This document shows positions 12,320-25,555 of a DNA stretch of 64,000 nt, one piece after another. Below the pieces are notes generated by a model. That model had not been told where the DNA came from and ran no database searches. It was given only the letters and a program-made list of their open reading frames with translations. The DNA is from Lophium mytilinum. Lineage: Eukaryota. Every line of letters starts with the position of its first letter. Within the stretch, counting starts at the first letter, position 1. A program made the translations under genes and the position numbers. The stretch lies in assembly GCA_010093605.1 (NCBI GenBank), contig MU004183.1, positions 2,294,001-2,358,000 of the forward strand. The letters run 5' to 3'.

Positions 12320-13060
12320 TGGCTTTCGCTTCCTTTTGGTCAGTTAGCTACCTCCTAGCTAGGCCACTCCTGACGGTGGTGTCCAGCAAGCAAAAGTCAG
12401 ACCTGAGTAGGGATGGATATATGTATGTTCTCATCCACTTCTTCATGTCGTGGAAATTGGACTACCACTTGACTTATCAGCTAATTCTTAGCTAGGGATC
12501 TCCTGACGGTACTATTCAGCAAGCGGTAGTGGGGTCTGAGCAGTGGTATATCTATATGCCCGTCCTTCTATCGATACATTGAAAACCAGACTGTCTTTCG
12601 AGCCCTCAGCTGTTTGCCAGCTGGGCTGCTCCTGATGGTTATATCGAGTGAGAAAGACTAGATTGGGAGCGGTAGTATATCTATTTACTCATCCTTTCTT
12701 CATGCAATGGAGATTGAATTACTTTCTGCCTGGCTAGCTAATACTCAACTGGGCACCCCTGACGGTGGTGTTGAGCGAGCCAAATTAGACTGGGAGCTGT
12801 TCTACATATACGTGCTCGTTCTTGTGGAAACCAGACTTCCTTTTGGCCAGTCAGCTATCTCCTAGCTGGGCTACTCCTAACGATGGCGTCGAGCGAGCAA
12901 GATTGGAGTGGGAGTAGTGCTAAATCTACGTGCTCATGCTTTTCTTCGTACCGTGGAAGTCAGACTACATTTTAATTAGCCAGCTGAGTATTAGCCGGGG
13001 TTCTCCTGGCGGTGGTGTCGAGCGAGCAAGACCGGAGTAGAAGCAGTGTTATATTCGCGT
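12320..13060. repeat. degenerate tandem array of six ~128-bp units
   Basis: Core (c/t)cct(g/a)(a/g)(c/t)g..tc(c/g)agc(a/g)agc recurs at 12367, 12500, 12629, 12756, 12874, 13003 (spacings 133, 129, 127, 118, 129). Confidence 0.85.
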
Positions 13061-14018
13061 ACGCAATCTCCGGCTGCGAATATAGAAGCACTCTGGACAG
13101 GTTACAATCACAATTGCTAGGTCTTCACCTCTTGTCCGAGAATATTCAGGCCATTCAGAGCGCTCCAGGCAGTACCTTACAGGCTCATGCTGAGCGCTTT
13201 ATCATTAGTGCAACTCACAACATCAAGATCTTTGCATCTCGTTTTATACCATCGTAAACCACCGGAGAACTTCATGCGGCGTCACCCAAGGGTAGGTCAT
13301 GCTCTTACGTTAGCTCCAACGTAGGACGTCAAAGGTTTTGTATCTCGTTGGCATCTACTTGAAATTGATAGAGAACTTCATGCATCGACATGCCTAACCC
13401 ACCTCATCGTCTTACCAGCGAGTCAATTTACAAAGTCAGCATAGGTAGTTCTCGTTCCAATATTCTCAGTCTATAAAAGGACCTCAAACGGTGGCCTCTG
13501 TAGCCCGTCTCATCATCTTACTGCCGCTTCAATTTACAGCCTCAAGACCTTTACATTGCGTTCAGAACCTTCCAAGGCTACTAGAGGGCCTCAGGCAGCG
13601 CCATACTGCGGCCACGTCTCAATTCTTAGACCGATGCGAAAACCCTCATATTCCGGTCCGAACCAGGAACTTTTGCGGCTACCGGAGGCTCTTCACCAGT
13701 GCTCTCTCCAGCCTAATTCAACAGCCTCTCAATTCACAGCCTCAGTCCCTTTACATGCCGCTCCGAATATCGTCGAGGCGACGCACGGGCACCTCGCGGG
13801 GGTTTTTAGTAGCGAGAAGGAGCAGATGAGATGTTGTCTGAGGGTTCCGCGCCCAATTTCGGTAAGAGACGACATGAAGAGGCTCTTGTGAACGTCAGTA
13901 GAGTATATAATCTTTGTGACACTGGAAAAGGAACACATACAAAACACTCTCTACACCTTTATAAGGCTTTAAGTGTCTTGAGAACTTTCTATAGAGCCAT
14001 AGGTATTTTTCTCTAATC

Positions 14019-15579
14019 TCATTCCATCCCAAGCCTATTCCTCGCCTCCGCAATCTCCTGGTCCGATGGCAAATCAACAATAAGCAAATAAAGCACATCC
14101 TGCCTCATAACCCTCTTGACTGCACCCAACGGCCCAGCACCCACAACCTCCTTGCCAACACCAGTCCCAAGCAGCCCTCCCTGGTCGCGTCTCCCGCCTC
14201 GACCTCCCCCAACCCCCAAAACCCCACCTTGACTGACAACATGATTTGGCGACTCATGCTGCTCCTCACCACTACGGCCCTTCCCACTCACAGCTCCCAC
14301 GACTTCTCCAACCAACGCCCCTAATCCTCCACCCCTCCCTCCAAGACCACCACTTCCAAACCCACCCCCTCCTCCCCTACTCGGCATCTTCATCTTCCCC
14401 TTACTAACCAACGCCAACAAATCCCCCGAACTCGCCGGATTCCCCGGATCACTATACACACTCGCAAACTTCGGCCGCTCCTGCACCGCCAACCTCGACT
14501 CCGGATTCGCATCGCCATACATCGCCTGCGCGCGCCTATCCTTATACTCATTAACAAACTCACTCCCCCGCTTCAGCTTATCCCTCTTCCTCTCCCCCAG
14601 CGACCCCGATGCCGCCAACGCGTGATCCAGCGCCGGGTACACCAACGGCGCGGCCTCGGGCATCTCGATCTCGCCATGCGTCTTCCCGCTCGCCATGCGC
14701 AGCTTACTCGCGATGCCGCTGCCGGCCGCGGAGGTGTAGCGTGCGATGGAGTCGTTGATGTTGACCTCGGCGGCCTCGACGGCGCGCGTGCTGTCCGGGG
14801 CGAAGCGCATGACCATACAGTAGAGGCCGCGCGGCATGAAGAGGGTCGTGTTGGCGGCGTCGAGGAAGGAGTTGCGGCGCGCGCGCGACTGGACGTCTTT
14901 GGCGATGCCGACGGCGACTTGGATCGCGGCTGTGGTGATCATGACGGTCAGGGAGGGGGCGAAGCCGGCGATGCCGGCGCCGAGTTGGATGATGTCGAGG
15001 ATGGGGGAGGCCTGAGTGTGTTAAGATACGTTCTAATATCGAGGAAGATGGATTGGGGGTACGAACTTTGCTGCCCTTTTCCCAGGCGTCGAGGAAGGAT
15101 AGGAAGGCGGCTTGGTCGATTCCTGTTTCTTGCAGGACGGGCGCGTAGGCTTTTACGAAGCCCCTCGCCTTGGCTCTCGGGCGTCGCTGTGGCAGAATGA
15201 CGGCGCAGGGTAATCTTTTCGTTAGATCAGGTGGCGGGAGTCGTGCTAAGGCTAATGCAAAGGCGTCGTTGGTCTCTTTCTGTGTTCGTTGCTCGCTTTC
15301 CGGATCTCCTTCTTCAGCGGCATCGTCAAGATCCCAGTCTTTCTCATCGTCGTCCTCGTGACGTTCGACGGGAATAGCGCCACCGCTAGCAATGAGGGTT
15401 TTGGCTTCGTCGGGAGGGAGTTCGGCATACACAGGTGGGTCGTCGCTCGGGGATTCAAAGGGAGAAGCGGCAGGAAAGTCAGAGGAGCCGGCTTCGCGGG
15501 CCTTCTTGTCTATGCGATATTGTTTGGCTTCAGCCGTCAGACCTATGCCGCGGCCAACGAGTTTAACGAGGATGGACAT
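14019..15579 (-). CDS. conserved fungal hypothetical protein with Gly-rich C-terminus (one intron ~15062-15012)
   Basis: MSILVKLVGRGIGLTAEA start; LPCAVILPQRRPRAKARGFVKAYAPVL, NSFLDAANTTLFMPRGLYCMVM and RVMRQDVLYLLIVDLPS motifs typical of a widespread Pezizomycotina family. Confidence 0.8.
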
Positions 15580-16617
15580 GGTGAGGATGAAGATAGAGAA
15601 GGGTTTGCGGGGTAATAGACGAAGCTGAGAATCAGGAAGCGAAGAAGATAGAGCGATAAACATAAGAAAAGGGAATAGGCTGCTCTTATATACCCACCCT
15701 TGACATGTATCTTCAGCCCCAGCATGCAGGTAGTCGCACTAATCTTCGCACGTATGGGGCTGTACACGCCAGCTCGTCGCAAGCATTGCCAACACCAGGC
15801 ATCACTATCTCCGATAGGTGGACACAACCAGGACAAACAGCAGTCCTCACCGAATCGAAATACTCGGGAGTTGAAGAACACTGGATCGGGGGCTTGAACA
15901 AAGCTTGTTGTGGCTTATACAGTTCAAGCTTACACGCGCTAAGCCGCATTCGGTAACCACGAAGTTGACGCTTGCGCGCGTTGGTTGATCCTTCGCAGGG
16001 GTCCACAGCTCCACAAAGTTAGGGCCGAAGAGCTCCCGACGTGGTGCATGAATACTGTTATGGTATCATCCTCCTATGAAAGGCGGGATGATGCGGAGAA
16101 GAGAACAAGGCATGATTGCCGTGACAGAGAACGCCAAACGATGCACATAAAAGGTTTTACGCGTCGGCTGGATCAGTCTCTCAAGTCTTTCGAGCATGGG
16201 ATTCTTTCTTCATTGAGTTCAAAATCGAGAAGAGCGAACTCTGCGCCAAGATTGTCTCAAACGGTTCTTTCAGCAAAATTTGCTGGGTGTCGTGCTAGCT
16301 CCATTGGGTAGCAAACTGGTATCTGAAATATCTCAGCGAGCTTTGTTGATGCGAGATGCAAATCTGGATTGTTTGTCGTTGAGTATCTTGTTGAAAGGCG
16401 AGAGTATACAAACACGCGGCAGTTGTTGTTTCTTAATATCAAAGAACTTGAGACAGTATGCATCGTGCGGTTTCCAGCAAGCCGACTGTCATATGACGCA
16501 GGCCTTCATTCGGAGCTCTGCGTTGTGCAGATCACTCATTCTCGTTTACCACAATAATTTCCCAAGTCTGATTGAACATTTCATCGCTTCCAAGGCTTCA
16601 TACCCGCCTCGTCTAAG

Positions 16618-18080
16618 ATGACACCTACAAAGGCCCCCCTCCCAAAGAAGCAAGATGCCCCAAGCGGAAAGGTGCCCGGTGTCGATGCGCTCTTGCCGGA
16701 GAAACTAGGTCACAAAGTTAGCACAGTCCCCTCAAAGGACGAGCAAGTGGAGTCTAACCAAGGTGACGCGCTGCAGAAGACATCCGAGCCAAAGAGCGAC
16801 GAAGTCATGGAAGAAGATCTCTTTGAAAATGGAAGTGAAAAAAGCTCGGACGACAATGAGGACTCTCGCACCGAGTGCTCTGCTTGGGTAGAAACCGAAA
16901 ATGAAGCGAAGAGGACCCCGAACGAAGGACGCCAAACGAGAATTAGGAGCCGCCCTATCCGGGCGCCTCGTAGTCGCTCCCGGAGAGGCGAAACAAATGA
17001 CATACGGGAACGACGCGAGAAAGAAAAGAAATTACGAGCGATTGATGCCAAAGTATTACGCGATTGGGCAAAAAGAGATGCCAACAAGACTGATGTTTTG
17101 AGGGAAACTACACTCACGCCTGGAAATAACCTCTCTAAGATTGGAGAGCGGCCCCCAGGTCGAGCTCAGAAGTCAGCAGATGATGAAGCAGGTCTAGGGC
17201 ACGTATCTATCCGCGTCATAACGTGAAGCCCCTTTGCTGACAGCTTCCCAGATTCCTTGACACCTATGAACCTGAAGAAGTCCGACCACGACCAGTGAAG
17301 ACAACCAAGACTGCAAAGCCATCCGGAACTCAACCAAATGAGGACAAGAAAGATTCAGCACGCGAAGGAAATCGGAAAGGAAGTGCTACTACCGATAGGT
17401 AATGAGAGCTTCTGGCACGGTGCGATTGGCATATCAGCTGACAAGCTAGTAGACCTCAAGAGCACTGCAACGAAAAGGAAGCACCTCCAAACGCAACGAA
17501 GGTTCCCAGCGAGCAAAAGAGAGATCCAGACCCTCTATCTTATCTCGACCTCATCGAGCCAAGCATGGAGTGGCTAGGTGCTCTGTTCAACAGAGATCCC
17601 AGTGCGGCTAAGGGCATGCGCCTGGTGGTACTAGATATGGTGGAGAGGCTGAAGACACAAGAGAAGGGAAAAGCTGATGCGGACTCCGCGAGGATACGTG
17701 CGGAGCAGCAGGCGACAGCAGATTCAACGAAACGTGATCGAGGTGAACAACGCAGCCAGGATCAGCCTGAGTTTTCGACGGCAAGACCTCCAGAGACAGC
17801 ACCAGGTAGACGCGGAGCTGCATTCTCAAATACTGTGGCATTAAAGACCCTTGTACAGCCTGAAGGCATTATGAAGGGAAAAGGCAGAAAGCGCCAAAGC
17901 GATGGTGAAGAGTCGGGCAACGAAAGTCCAACGAAGAAGACTAAATGCCAGCCAAAGGCACCTGCGAAGGTATCAGAGAACAAAAAGAGCAACAAATGCA
18001 CTCCAGTCGCACAGCAGATCCAGCCTTCGGTGTTTGAAGTCAGCTCTGGGGAGAGTCTTAGCTCTGAAGAGTCCCCCTGA
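16618..18080 (+). CDS. low-complexity charged hypothetical protein (three exons)
   Basis: ORF 16618-17226, a middle exon and ORF 17565-18080 join in frame through two GT-AG introns; K/E/S-rich. Confidence 0.6.
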
Positions 18081-18451
18081 GAGCGACCAAAGTATCTCTT
18101 GGATCATCGGGCGAGCTATTGAGCGGGAGAGAGTACGAATGTGGTATTTGTGCATGTATGAGTGGAACAATTAGAATCTTTTATGGATTCACGATGTAGT
18201 GGTACTAGTTGAAAGAGGAATGCAAAAACTAAAGTCCGTCATCGGCCTTGGTGTTGGGCTGACTATGCCTGTTCCAGCGAATGGCGGGGTTTTCGGGGAA
18301 AACTTCTGAGTGAGAAATTCCACGGACAAGCCAAGTCTCGGAGTCCACGCCTATATCAACCACCAACCTTCCCTCCTCTCTCCATCTTCTTCGCCAATTG
18401 ACCTCCACCCTCACGCCCACTCCTATACGCTCCTCTGCCTCCACCGCCATC

Positions 18452-20025
18452 ATGACCTATGCTCTGCCCAAGTCCCACCAGGACGTGAGTCGCCTACTGC
18501 CCCGCCACCGAGAATACTTTGACTGACTCACTTTTGCAGCTCATGGAGAAGTCCTTGGTTGAGACTGACTCTGAAGTCGCTGAGATCATGGTATGGCTCC
18601 GCTTTAATCCTCAATTCAGGATGCATGAAGCTAACAGGCGCAGAAAAAAGAGATCCAGCGCCAACGCGAGTCCATCCTCCTCATCGCCTCCGAAAATGTC
18701 ACCTCCCGCGCCGTTTTCGATGCCCTCGGATCGCCCATGTCTAACAAATACTCGGAGGGATACCCCGGTGCCCGGTACTATGGCGGAAACGAGAACATCG
18801 ATGCCATTGAGCTGCTGTGCCAGGCGCGTGCTCTCAAGACATTCGGACTAGACTCTGAGAAATGGGGCGTCAACGTGCAGACACTGAGCGGCAGCCCGGC
18901 CAACCTGCAGGTGTACCAAGCTATTATGAGGCCTCATGAGAGACTCATGGGCTTGGACTTGCCCCATGGTGGCCATTTGAGCCACGGCTACCAGACTCCC
19001 GCCAGAAAGTACGTCTAGTCAAGTTTTGCGGCGTAAATTTCTGCTAACAAGCTTCACTCAGGATCTCCGCCGTCTCCACTTACTTCGAGAGCTTCCCCTA
19101 CCGCTGCGACATCAAGACCGGTCTCATTGACTATGACCGTCTAGAAGAGAACGCGCTGATGTACCGCCCCAAGGTCCTTGTTGCCGGGACCTCCGCCTAC
19201 TGCCGCGAAATCGACTACAAGCGCATGCGGGAAATCGCTGACAAGGTCGGCTGCTACCTGATGATGGATATGGCTCATATCTCCGGCCTCGTCGCCGCCG
19301 GTGTGAATACCTCGCCCTTCCCATACTGCGATATCGTGACCACTACGACTCATAAGTCGCTCCGTGGGCCCCGCGGCGCCATGATCTTCTTCCGCAAGGG
19401 GGTGCGCAAGACGGACGCGAAGACCGGAAAGGAGACCCTCTACGATCTCGAGGGCCCGATCAACTTCTCCGTCTTCCCCGGCCACCAGGGCGGACCCCAC
19501 AACCACACCATCACCGCGCTCGCCGTGGCGCTAAAGCAGGCGCAGACAAACGAGTTCAAGCTGTACCAGGAGCAGGTCATTAAGAACGCGAAGCAGCTTG
19601 AGGTATCGCTCAAGGAGCTCGGGTATAAGCTCGTGACCGATGGCACAGACAACCACATGGTGCTGCTAGACCTGAAGCCGCAGTCGCTCGACGGTGCGCG
19701 CGTTGAGGCTGTGCTTGAGCAAGTCAACATCGCCTGCAACAAGAACACGACCCCTGGCGACAAGTCTGCGCTGACCCCCATGGGCATCCGCATCGGCGCA
19801 CCCGCCATGACCAGCCGTGGGCTCGGCGAGGAGGACTTCAAGAAGATCAGCCAGTACATTGATACGTGCATCAAGATGTGCATCGATATCCAGAGCAAGC
19901 TGCCCAAGGAGGCGAACAAGCTTAAGGACTTCAAGGCCAAGGTAGCCAGCGGCGGAGTTGATGAAATCAACAGCCTAAAGAAGGAGATCGCGGCGTGGGC
20001 TGTCACGTTCCCGCTCCCCGTATAA
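18452..20025 (+). CDS. SHM2: serine hydroxymethyltransferase, cytosolic type (spliced)
   Basis: [44 protein letters not shown] motif [26 protein letters not shown]; no presequence. Confidence 0.96.
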
Positions 20026-21126
20026 ATGTTTTCTTCTTGTCTATAATATCTTCTCAACATTAGTCTAGGGTGTTCTTTTTTCTGCAACTCGGTCCGCGAC
20101 GGCGTTTTCAACGGGTGGGGTGGGGTGGGAGGTGTGGATGGTTCAACAAAAGTTGGCATTTTCAACATGCTCGCGGTTCTCGTTTCTCCTTCGGTGTCCA
20201 TTGAACATAGGTGGTACAGTCTGCGGAGAAGACGGCGTTGACAGCTATGGTGGTAGCCCTTTCTCCTCTCAACTAGAATCTCGGTACAGGATTCGGGTAT
20301 CGTTGCTGTTTAACCAGCGAGACAATTACTTAACTTAACATCAATGTTAAATGAGACGCGCGAGCAGGCGTCTGATAGCGCGAAATTTGGTATGACTTAC
20401 TAGTCAATTGGCAGGGTACTCTATAGAATGGTGTCTCGAGACTGAAACAATCCGAATTAATTTTGAGTCACGATCTTAGTTCGGCCATCGGGCGCGATCT
20501 ATGTCTAGATGGGCGCATCCATCTGTCAATCTTCCAGGACGTTTTGAAGCTATTTGTAATGCTCTCGAGCCTCAATTTAGCATCGCCGCTAGTCCCCTTT
20601 CAGTTACAGAGAAACATGACTAAATAAATGTCTCGCGTCGCGCAGCAAAACCACTCGCGCCGCTCTTTCTTCTCCCACTACTCTCTATCCTGCTAGCTGT
20701 TCCGTCGTATCATCGCCCTTACGCTGCTCGCCGTACGTTAGACTGACCTGGCACCACCATGCCAGTGCGGGGACCTGACGCGCCAAAAATTATACGCCGT
20801 TTTGTACTGCAGAAGAGCTAGCCAGCGATGGAGGATGCTCAAGATCATCCGATTCCACGCAGAACCGCGCGCCACAGCTTCCGCGAAGCATCCTGCTAAA
20901 ACTTTGGCCGAGCTTCCGTTTTACCTGCATCACGTCTCGAACACCTAGCGTAATCATTGCTGCGGAGAGACTTTGTACTATGCGGCAGCTCCGCGCGTGA
21001 AATTCGTAGATGCTGAAGTTAGTCCGGCGATAGATGCACAGCAAAGGCATGGACTCGTAAATGTCGCAACTAACATTCGTCAAATACTAGAGGACGCAGC
21101 AAGACGAATCTGCAGCACATTGCAAT

Positions 21127-23088
21127 ATGGCTTCAATAATCTACCTATTCGTTGCGCTTTCTATTGTCTATGTCGTCTATAGACTACTTCAGGTCGGCAA
21201 GCGTGACCCCCGGATGCCCAAAGGTCCCCCTACGCTGCCGATTATAGGCAACTTTCATCAAATTCCGTCTACGGGGATGTATCGACAGTGCGTGGGCCTT
21301 TCGCCTTTTGAGGACATGCCAAATTGACGACACGTAGATTTCGAGAATGGGCCAAAGAATACGGTACAGTCTTCTCGCTCAAGTTCGGTCCTTCGAATAT
21401 TGTCGTGCTGTGCGACCGAGAAGCAATTCACGAGCTTCTCGACAAGAAGGGAAGCATCTACTCAGACAGGCCAAAGACGTATGTAGGCGATTTGTTGACA
21501 AGAGGGGATCATATTGCGATTTCTCAGGCGGACGGGTTGTGGAGAGAGAAGCGCAAAGTCATTGCACACAATTTCTCTCCAAAGATGCTTGACGAAAAGC
21601 ACTACAGGGTCCAGGAAGCCGAGTAAGTTACCTAGATTAGTCTAGTACGAATGCTCGGTTTGCATCTTAACAGGTCGCTAGAGGAATCGTCCTAATGAAT
21701 GACTTACTACGAGATCCTGATGGTTTCTTCAACCACATTCGCCGCTATACTGCTTCAGTTGCCGCGACGCTGGTGTTTGGCCAACGAGGCGCGACGTTCA
21801 AATCATTCTGGGCTCACGCAAGTTCACAAAATCTTTGCTGAGAACTAGCTGACCAGAAACTTAGGGTGTCTTCGACGTTATGGAAAGGGTAAGCCCAATC
21901 TATACACAAAACTAGCACCGCTAAACCGTGATATAGTGGACTGAAACTATGGAACCTGGCGCCACGCCTCCCGTTGATGAATTCACATTTCTTAAGTTTG
22001 TCCCAAAGCGATTTGCGCTTTGGAAGCGGCGTGCACTCAGAGCTGGAGACACCATGGACGCCGTCTGGACCAAGGCCAGACAGATTATCGACACTCGGAG
22101 AGAACAAGGCGAGAAGCGGGATTGTATCGCTGATCGTCTCATAGATGAGTACACCGAGAAAGGCTTTCCAATGTCTCAACATGCATTCAACAACCTGATT
22201 GGTGAACTGGTCGAAGGCGGAGCGGATACAACAGCTGCCCAGCTACTTACAATGGTCTTGGCTCTGGCAAAAAATCCGTGGGTCCAGAAGAAGGCGAGAG
22301 CTGAAATCGACCCTATCTGTGGCACTTCAAGATCTCCACGGTGGGGCGAAGACTTCCAGGAGCTGCCCTACATCAACGCAGTCATCAAAGAGGGCATGAG
22401 ATGGAGGCCAGTGTACGTGCTCGAACTCTTTCCAGTCGAATTCAACCATGCTAAATGATAGATAAAGGGCTGTGACAGCACTGCCGCACCGAGTCAGACA
22501 AGGTAAACATGCTCTGGGAGGCAGAACTGGTCGCAGACGAAGTTAACCATCTTGACCAGACGACTTTTACAAGGGAATGCTAATTCCCAAGGACACAACG
22601 ATTTTTATCCCCACCTGGGCGATTCATCACAATCCCGAGTTCTACGAAGACGACGAAGCGTTCAACCCAGACCGGTTCCTGGGCTACCCAAAACTAGCCA
22701 GCGAATACGCAGGCAGCGCGAACTGGAAAGGCCGAGATAGGTTCACCGCACCTCACGCTTAGGACTAACGCTAACTCATGTCAGCGACATACATCACTAC
22801 GGCTACGGAGCTGGTCGCAGAGTCTGTCCTGGAATGCATCTTGCCGAGCGCAACATGTGGCGCATCACTTCCAAGCTGCTTTGGGCGTTTGACATCTCCG
22901 AGCCGATTGATCCCGTCACCGGCAAGACTGTGACGTTGGATCCAGACGCTTACAATTCGGGCATTACTCAGGCCCCTTTGCCATTCAAAGTGCGGATAGT
23001 GCCACGCAGCAAGGAGCATGCCGCCGCTTTGCAGCAGGAACTGAAGTCGGCGTTGGACTTCTTGGCACCGTTTTCTTCGAAGGAGTGA
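21127..23088 (+). CDS. cytochrome P450 A, CYP619 (PatH/PatI)-like (multi-exon)
   Basis: TM anchor, PKGPPTLPIIGNFHQIP, MEPGATPPVD, I-helix EGGADTT, KEGMRWRP, FNPDRF, heme motif HYGYGAGRRVCPGMHLAERN. Confidence 0.92.
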
Positions 23089-23836
23089 GCGGCCATTCTC
23101 CGATTAGCGGTTCAAGGGTGCTTGCACAAGAATGAGCTTTCAATTTTCTCTCTGGTATAGTCTATCTCAACCTGTGACCAAGTGAGGCAGTTTGTCCCTG
23201 AAAGATTTCTTGATGGTTGAAATAGTGGGTTCATCTTACCTGAAGCCACGATTTCTTGTCGCTCCTGTGAATACATTTCAGTTCGAATAAGCTATCATCT
23301 CTTGGCAATGATTTGATAAGCCTCGGTGGTCCAGCAATTCAATGAACCGATGTCGGCTGCCTGCAGCACGTGAAGGTATTGTATTTGTAGGTTGCGTAGG
23401 ATCGACACGTCTAACCGCTGAGTTACGGTATGACAGCCCGACACTGGAGAGCCTGCTCGCTAGGCAATGTGATTGTGAGAGTGGATCATACCCAGTTACG
23501 CCAGGCCAAGAGGTTTCGAATTCAGCGCACGATGTCTTGCGGAGTAAAGACTTGATAGGGGAGACAATCCTGGGACATTATGCTGGCAGGCAAGCCTACG
23601 TTCGTCCATAGACCATGAGAGTCGCTGCTCTTGCTGCCAGTCACACAGTGCACCCACGAAATGTTTCATCTTTCAATGTGGTACTTAAATATTATTGTGC
23701 TCTCAGGATTAAGCTGTCAATACGCACAAAGCATGTTTTGCCGCTATGAATAGGCCTCCCAGCTTGTTCTCATAATCAGGGGGACATATCGGAGAGATTT
23801 CTCTCAGTCGCAAGGTATACGATCCAAGACAAAGGA

Positions 23837-25555
23837 TTACTCCCTGACCTCCTCGATGTGGGCCGTGTTCTCTCCATCCGAATGCTTCTCCTTCTCCAAG
23901 ACGCCGTCGCCCTCGTTCTCGTCCACGATGCCGCGCTGGTCGGCGGTCATGTGGACCAGCACCTCATCGCCGAAGAGTTCGCCGACCTCCTCAAGCGCGA
24001 TGCCCGTCGTCTCTGGGATGTAAAAGTAGATGATGACGGTGGAAACGATGTTGCACGAGAACCAGACCATGTACATGCGCCAGCCGATGTTCTTGAAGGC
24101 CAGCGCGGCAGGCGCAGTGTAGGTGATGGCGCCGGCGAAGTAGGCGAAGAAAGCGAGCCCGATGCCCTTGGCGCGGATGTTGGTCGGGAAGATCTCGGAG
24201 ACGTAGACGAACTGCGCTGGGTCGAGGAAGAAGCTGTAGCAGCTGATGTAGATGAAGATGAAGGCGATTGAGGCGCCGTTGCCGCCGCGGTTGGTCGTAC
24301 CGACGTAGGACTTTTGCAGGAGCGCTTCGATTAAGAGTATGACTGCGATGATTGGATATCCGAGCACTATGATAGAGAGTTGTTAGACATGGTGGTTGCA
24401 GCGGACCACGGGAGGGGCCGGAGATCACGCAAAACTTACAAAACATTCTTCTTCTCCCGATCTTATCGACCATCAGAGCGCCTGAGTAGTTGAAGAACGC
24501 GGCAACGGTGACGTACACTCCGTACATGAGGAGGGGCATTGACTTGTCGAGACCGAGAGATTGGTAGATAATGACCTGGAACGTCGTGATACCCAAGCAT
24601 CCGGTCGATTGGGTTGCGAACATCAGAAACAGAGCAATGAGAGACCGCTTCCTCCATGATGGTTTCTTGAACATTTGAAGGTAGCTGCTGTTTTGTTGCT
24701 TGTCGAAATCGACCTGTTTCATGATCTGGACGTATTCTGCATGCGCAGCCGAGTCATGTGGATCGTGGGGATCGTGGTGGATCTTCTTGATGATTTCCAA
24801 AGCCTCTTCGTTTCGACCCACCAAGCTGAGATATCTGGGTGACTCAGGAAGCCAATAGATACCGATAAGAATGCCTAGAGGCGCGACGCAGGATATAGCG
24901 AGAGGGAGACGCCATTGGATGGTTTCGTCTTTGGCGAAGTAAGCCCCGTATCCCACCCAAGCGGAACTATAACGCCGTCAGTGGCTGGGGACTTTATAGG
25001 TATTTCAAAAGTGTACTCACGTAACGTAGCCCGTAACAATGCTGGCACCCGTAAGGCCTGCCAGTGCGCCTCGTCTGTGCGGAGGAGCCACCTCGGTGAT
25101 ATACAGCGGTACCATGGCAAAGCACTGCCCAAGTCCCACTCCTTGGACAAATCGGAAAACGATGAGCATGGGAACGTTGACCGCTCCCGACGTCAGAGCT
25201 CCACCCACAGCGGCGACTGCGGATGCAACTGCAAAGGCCTTCTTTCGGCCGAGCCAGTCGCCTGTCCATCCTTGGATAAGGGCACCGATTCCAGCTCCGG
25301 CTGCGAATAGAGCACTGACGGCTCCAATGATACTTGCGGCATGGTCGCTGGTGGCTGGAGTGAAAGAGTTCAGTGGGTGAACTGCTAAGATCATTGATTG
25401 GAGGGCTTCTGGAACTTACGATCTAGATTGAAATATGCATAAAAGCCAGGCTGTCCTATTACGGTCGCAAAGACAGCATATGCATAGGCGTAGGTGTAGC
25501 CACCAAGAGCGGCAAACGCTGCGATGGCAACGTTGTAGCCTGTGAGATTGACCAT
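23837..25555 (-). CDS. MFS transporter, sugar-porter family (spliced)
   Basis: GDWLGRKK, FRFVQGVGLG, PLYITEVAPPHRRG, QWRLPL, LPESPRYL, DKIGRR, YVSEIFPTNIRAKG, IPETTG motifs. Confidence 0.92.

Noticed and set aside
12320..13060. CRISPR-like array
   Set aside because: Eukaryotic DNA; whole units are homologous and degenerate, with no unique spacers or cas genes.
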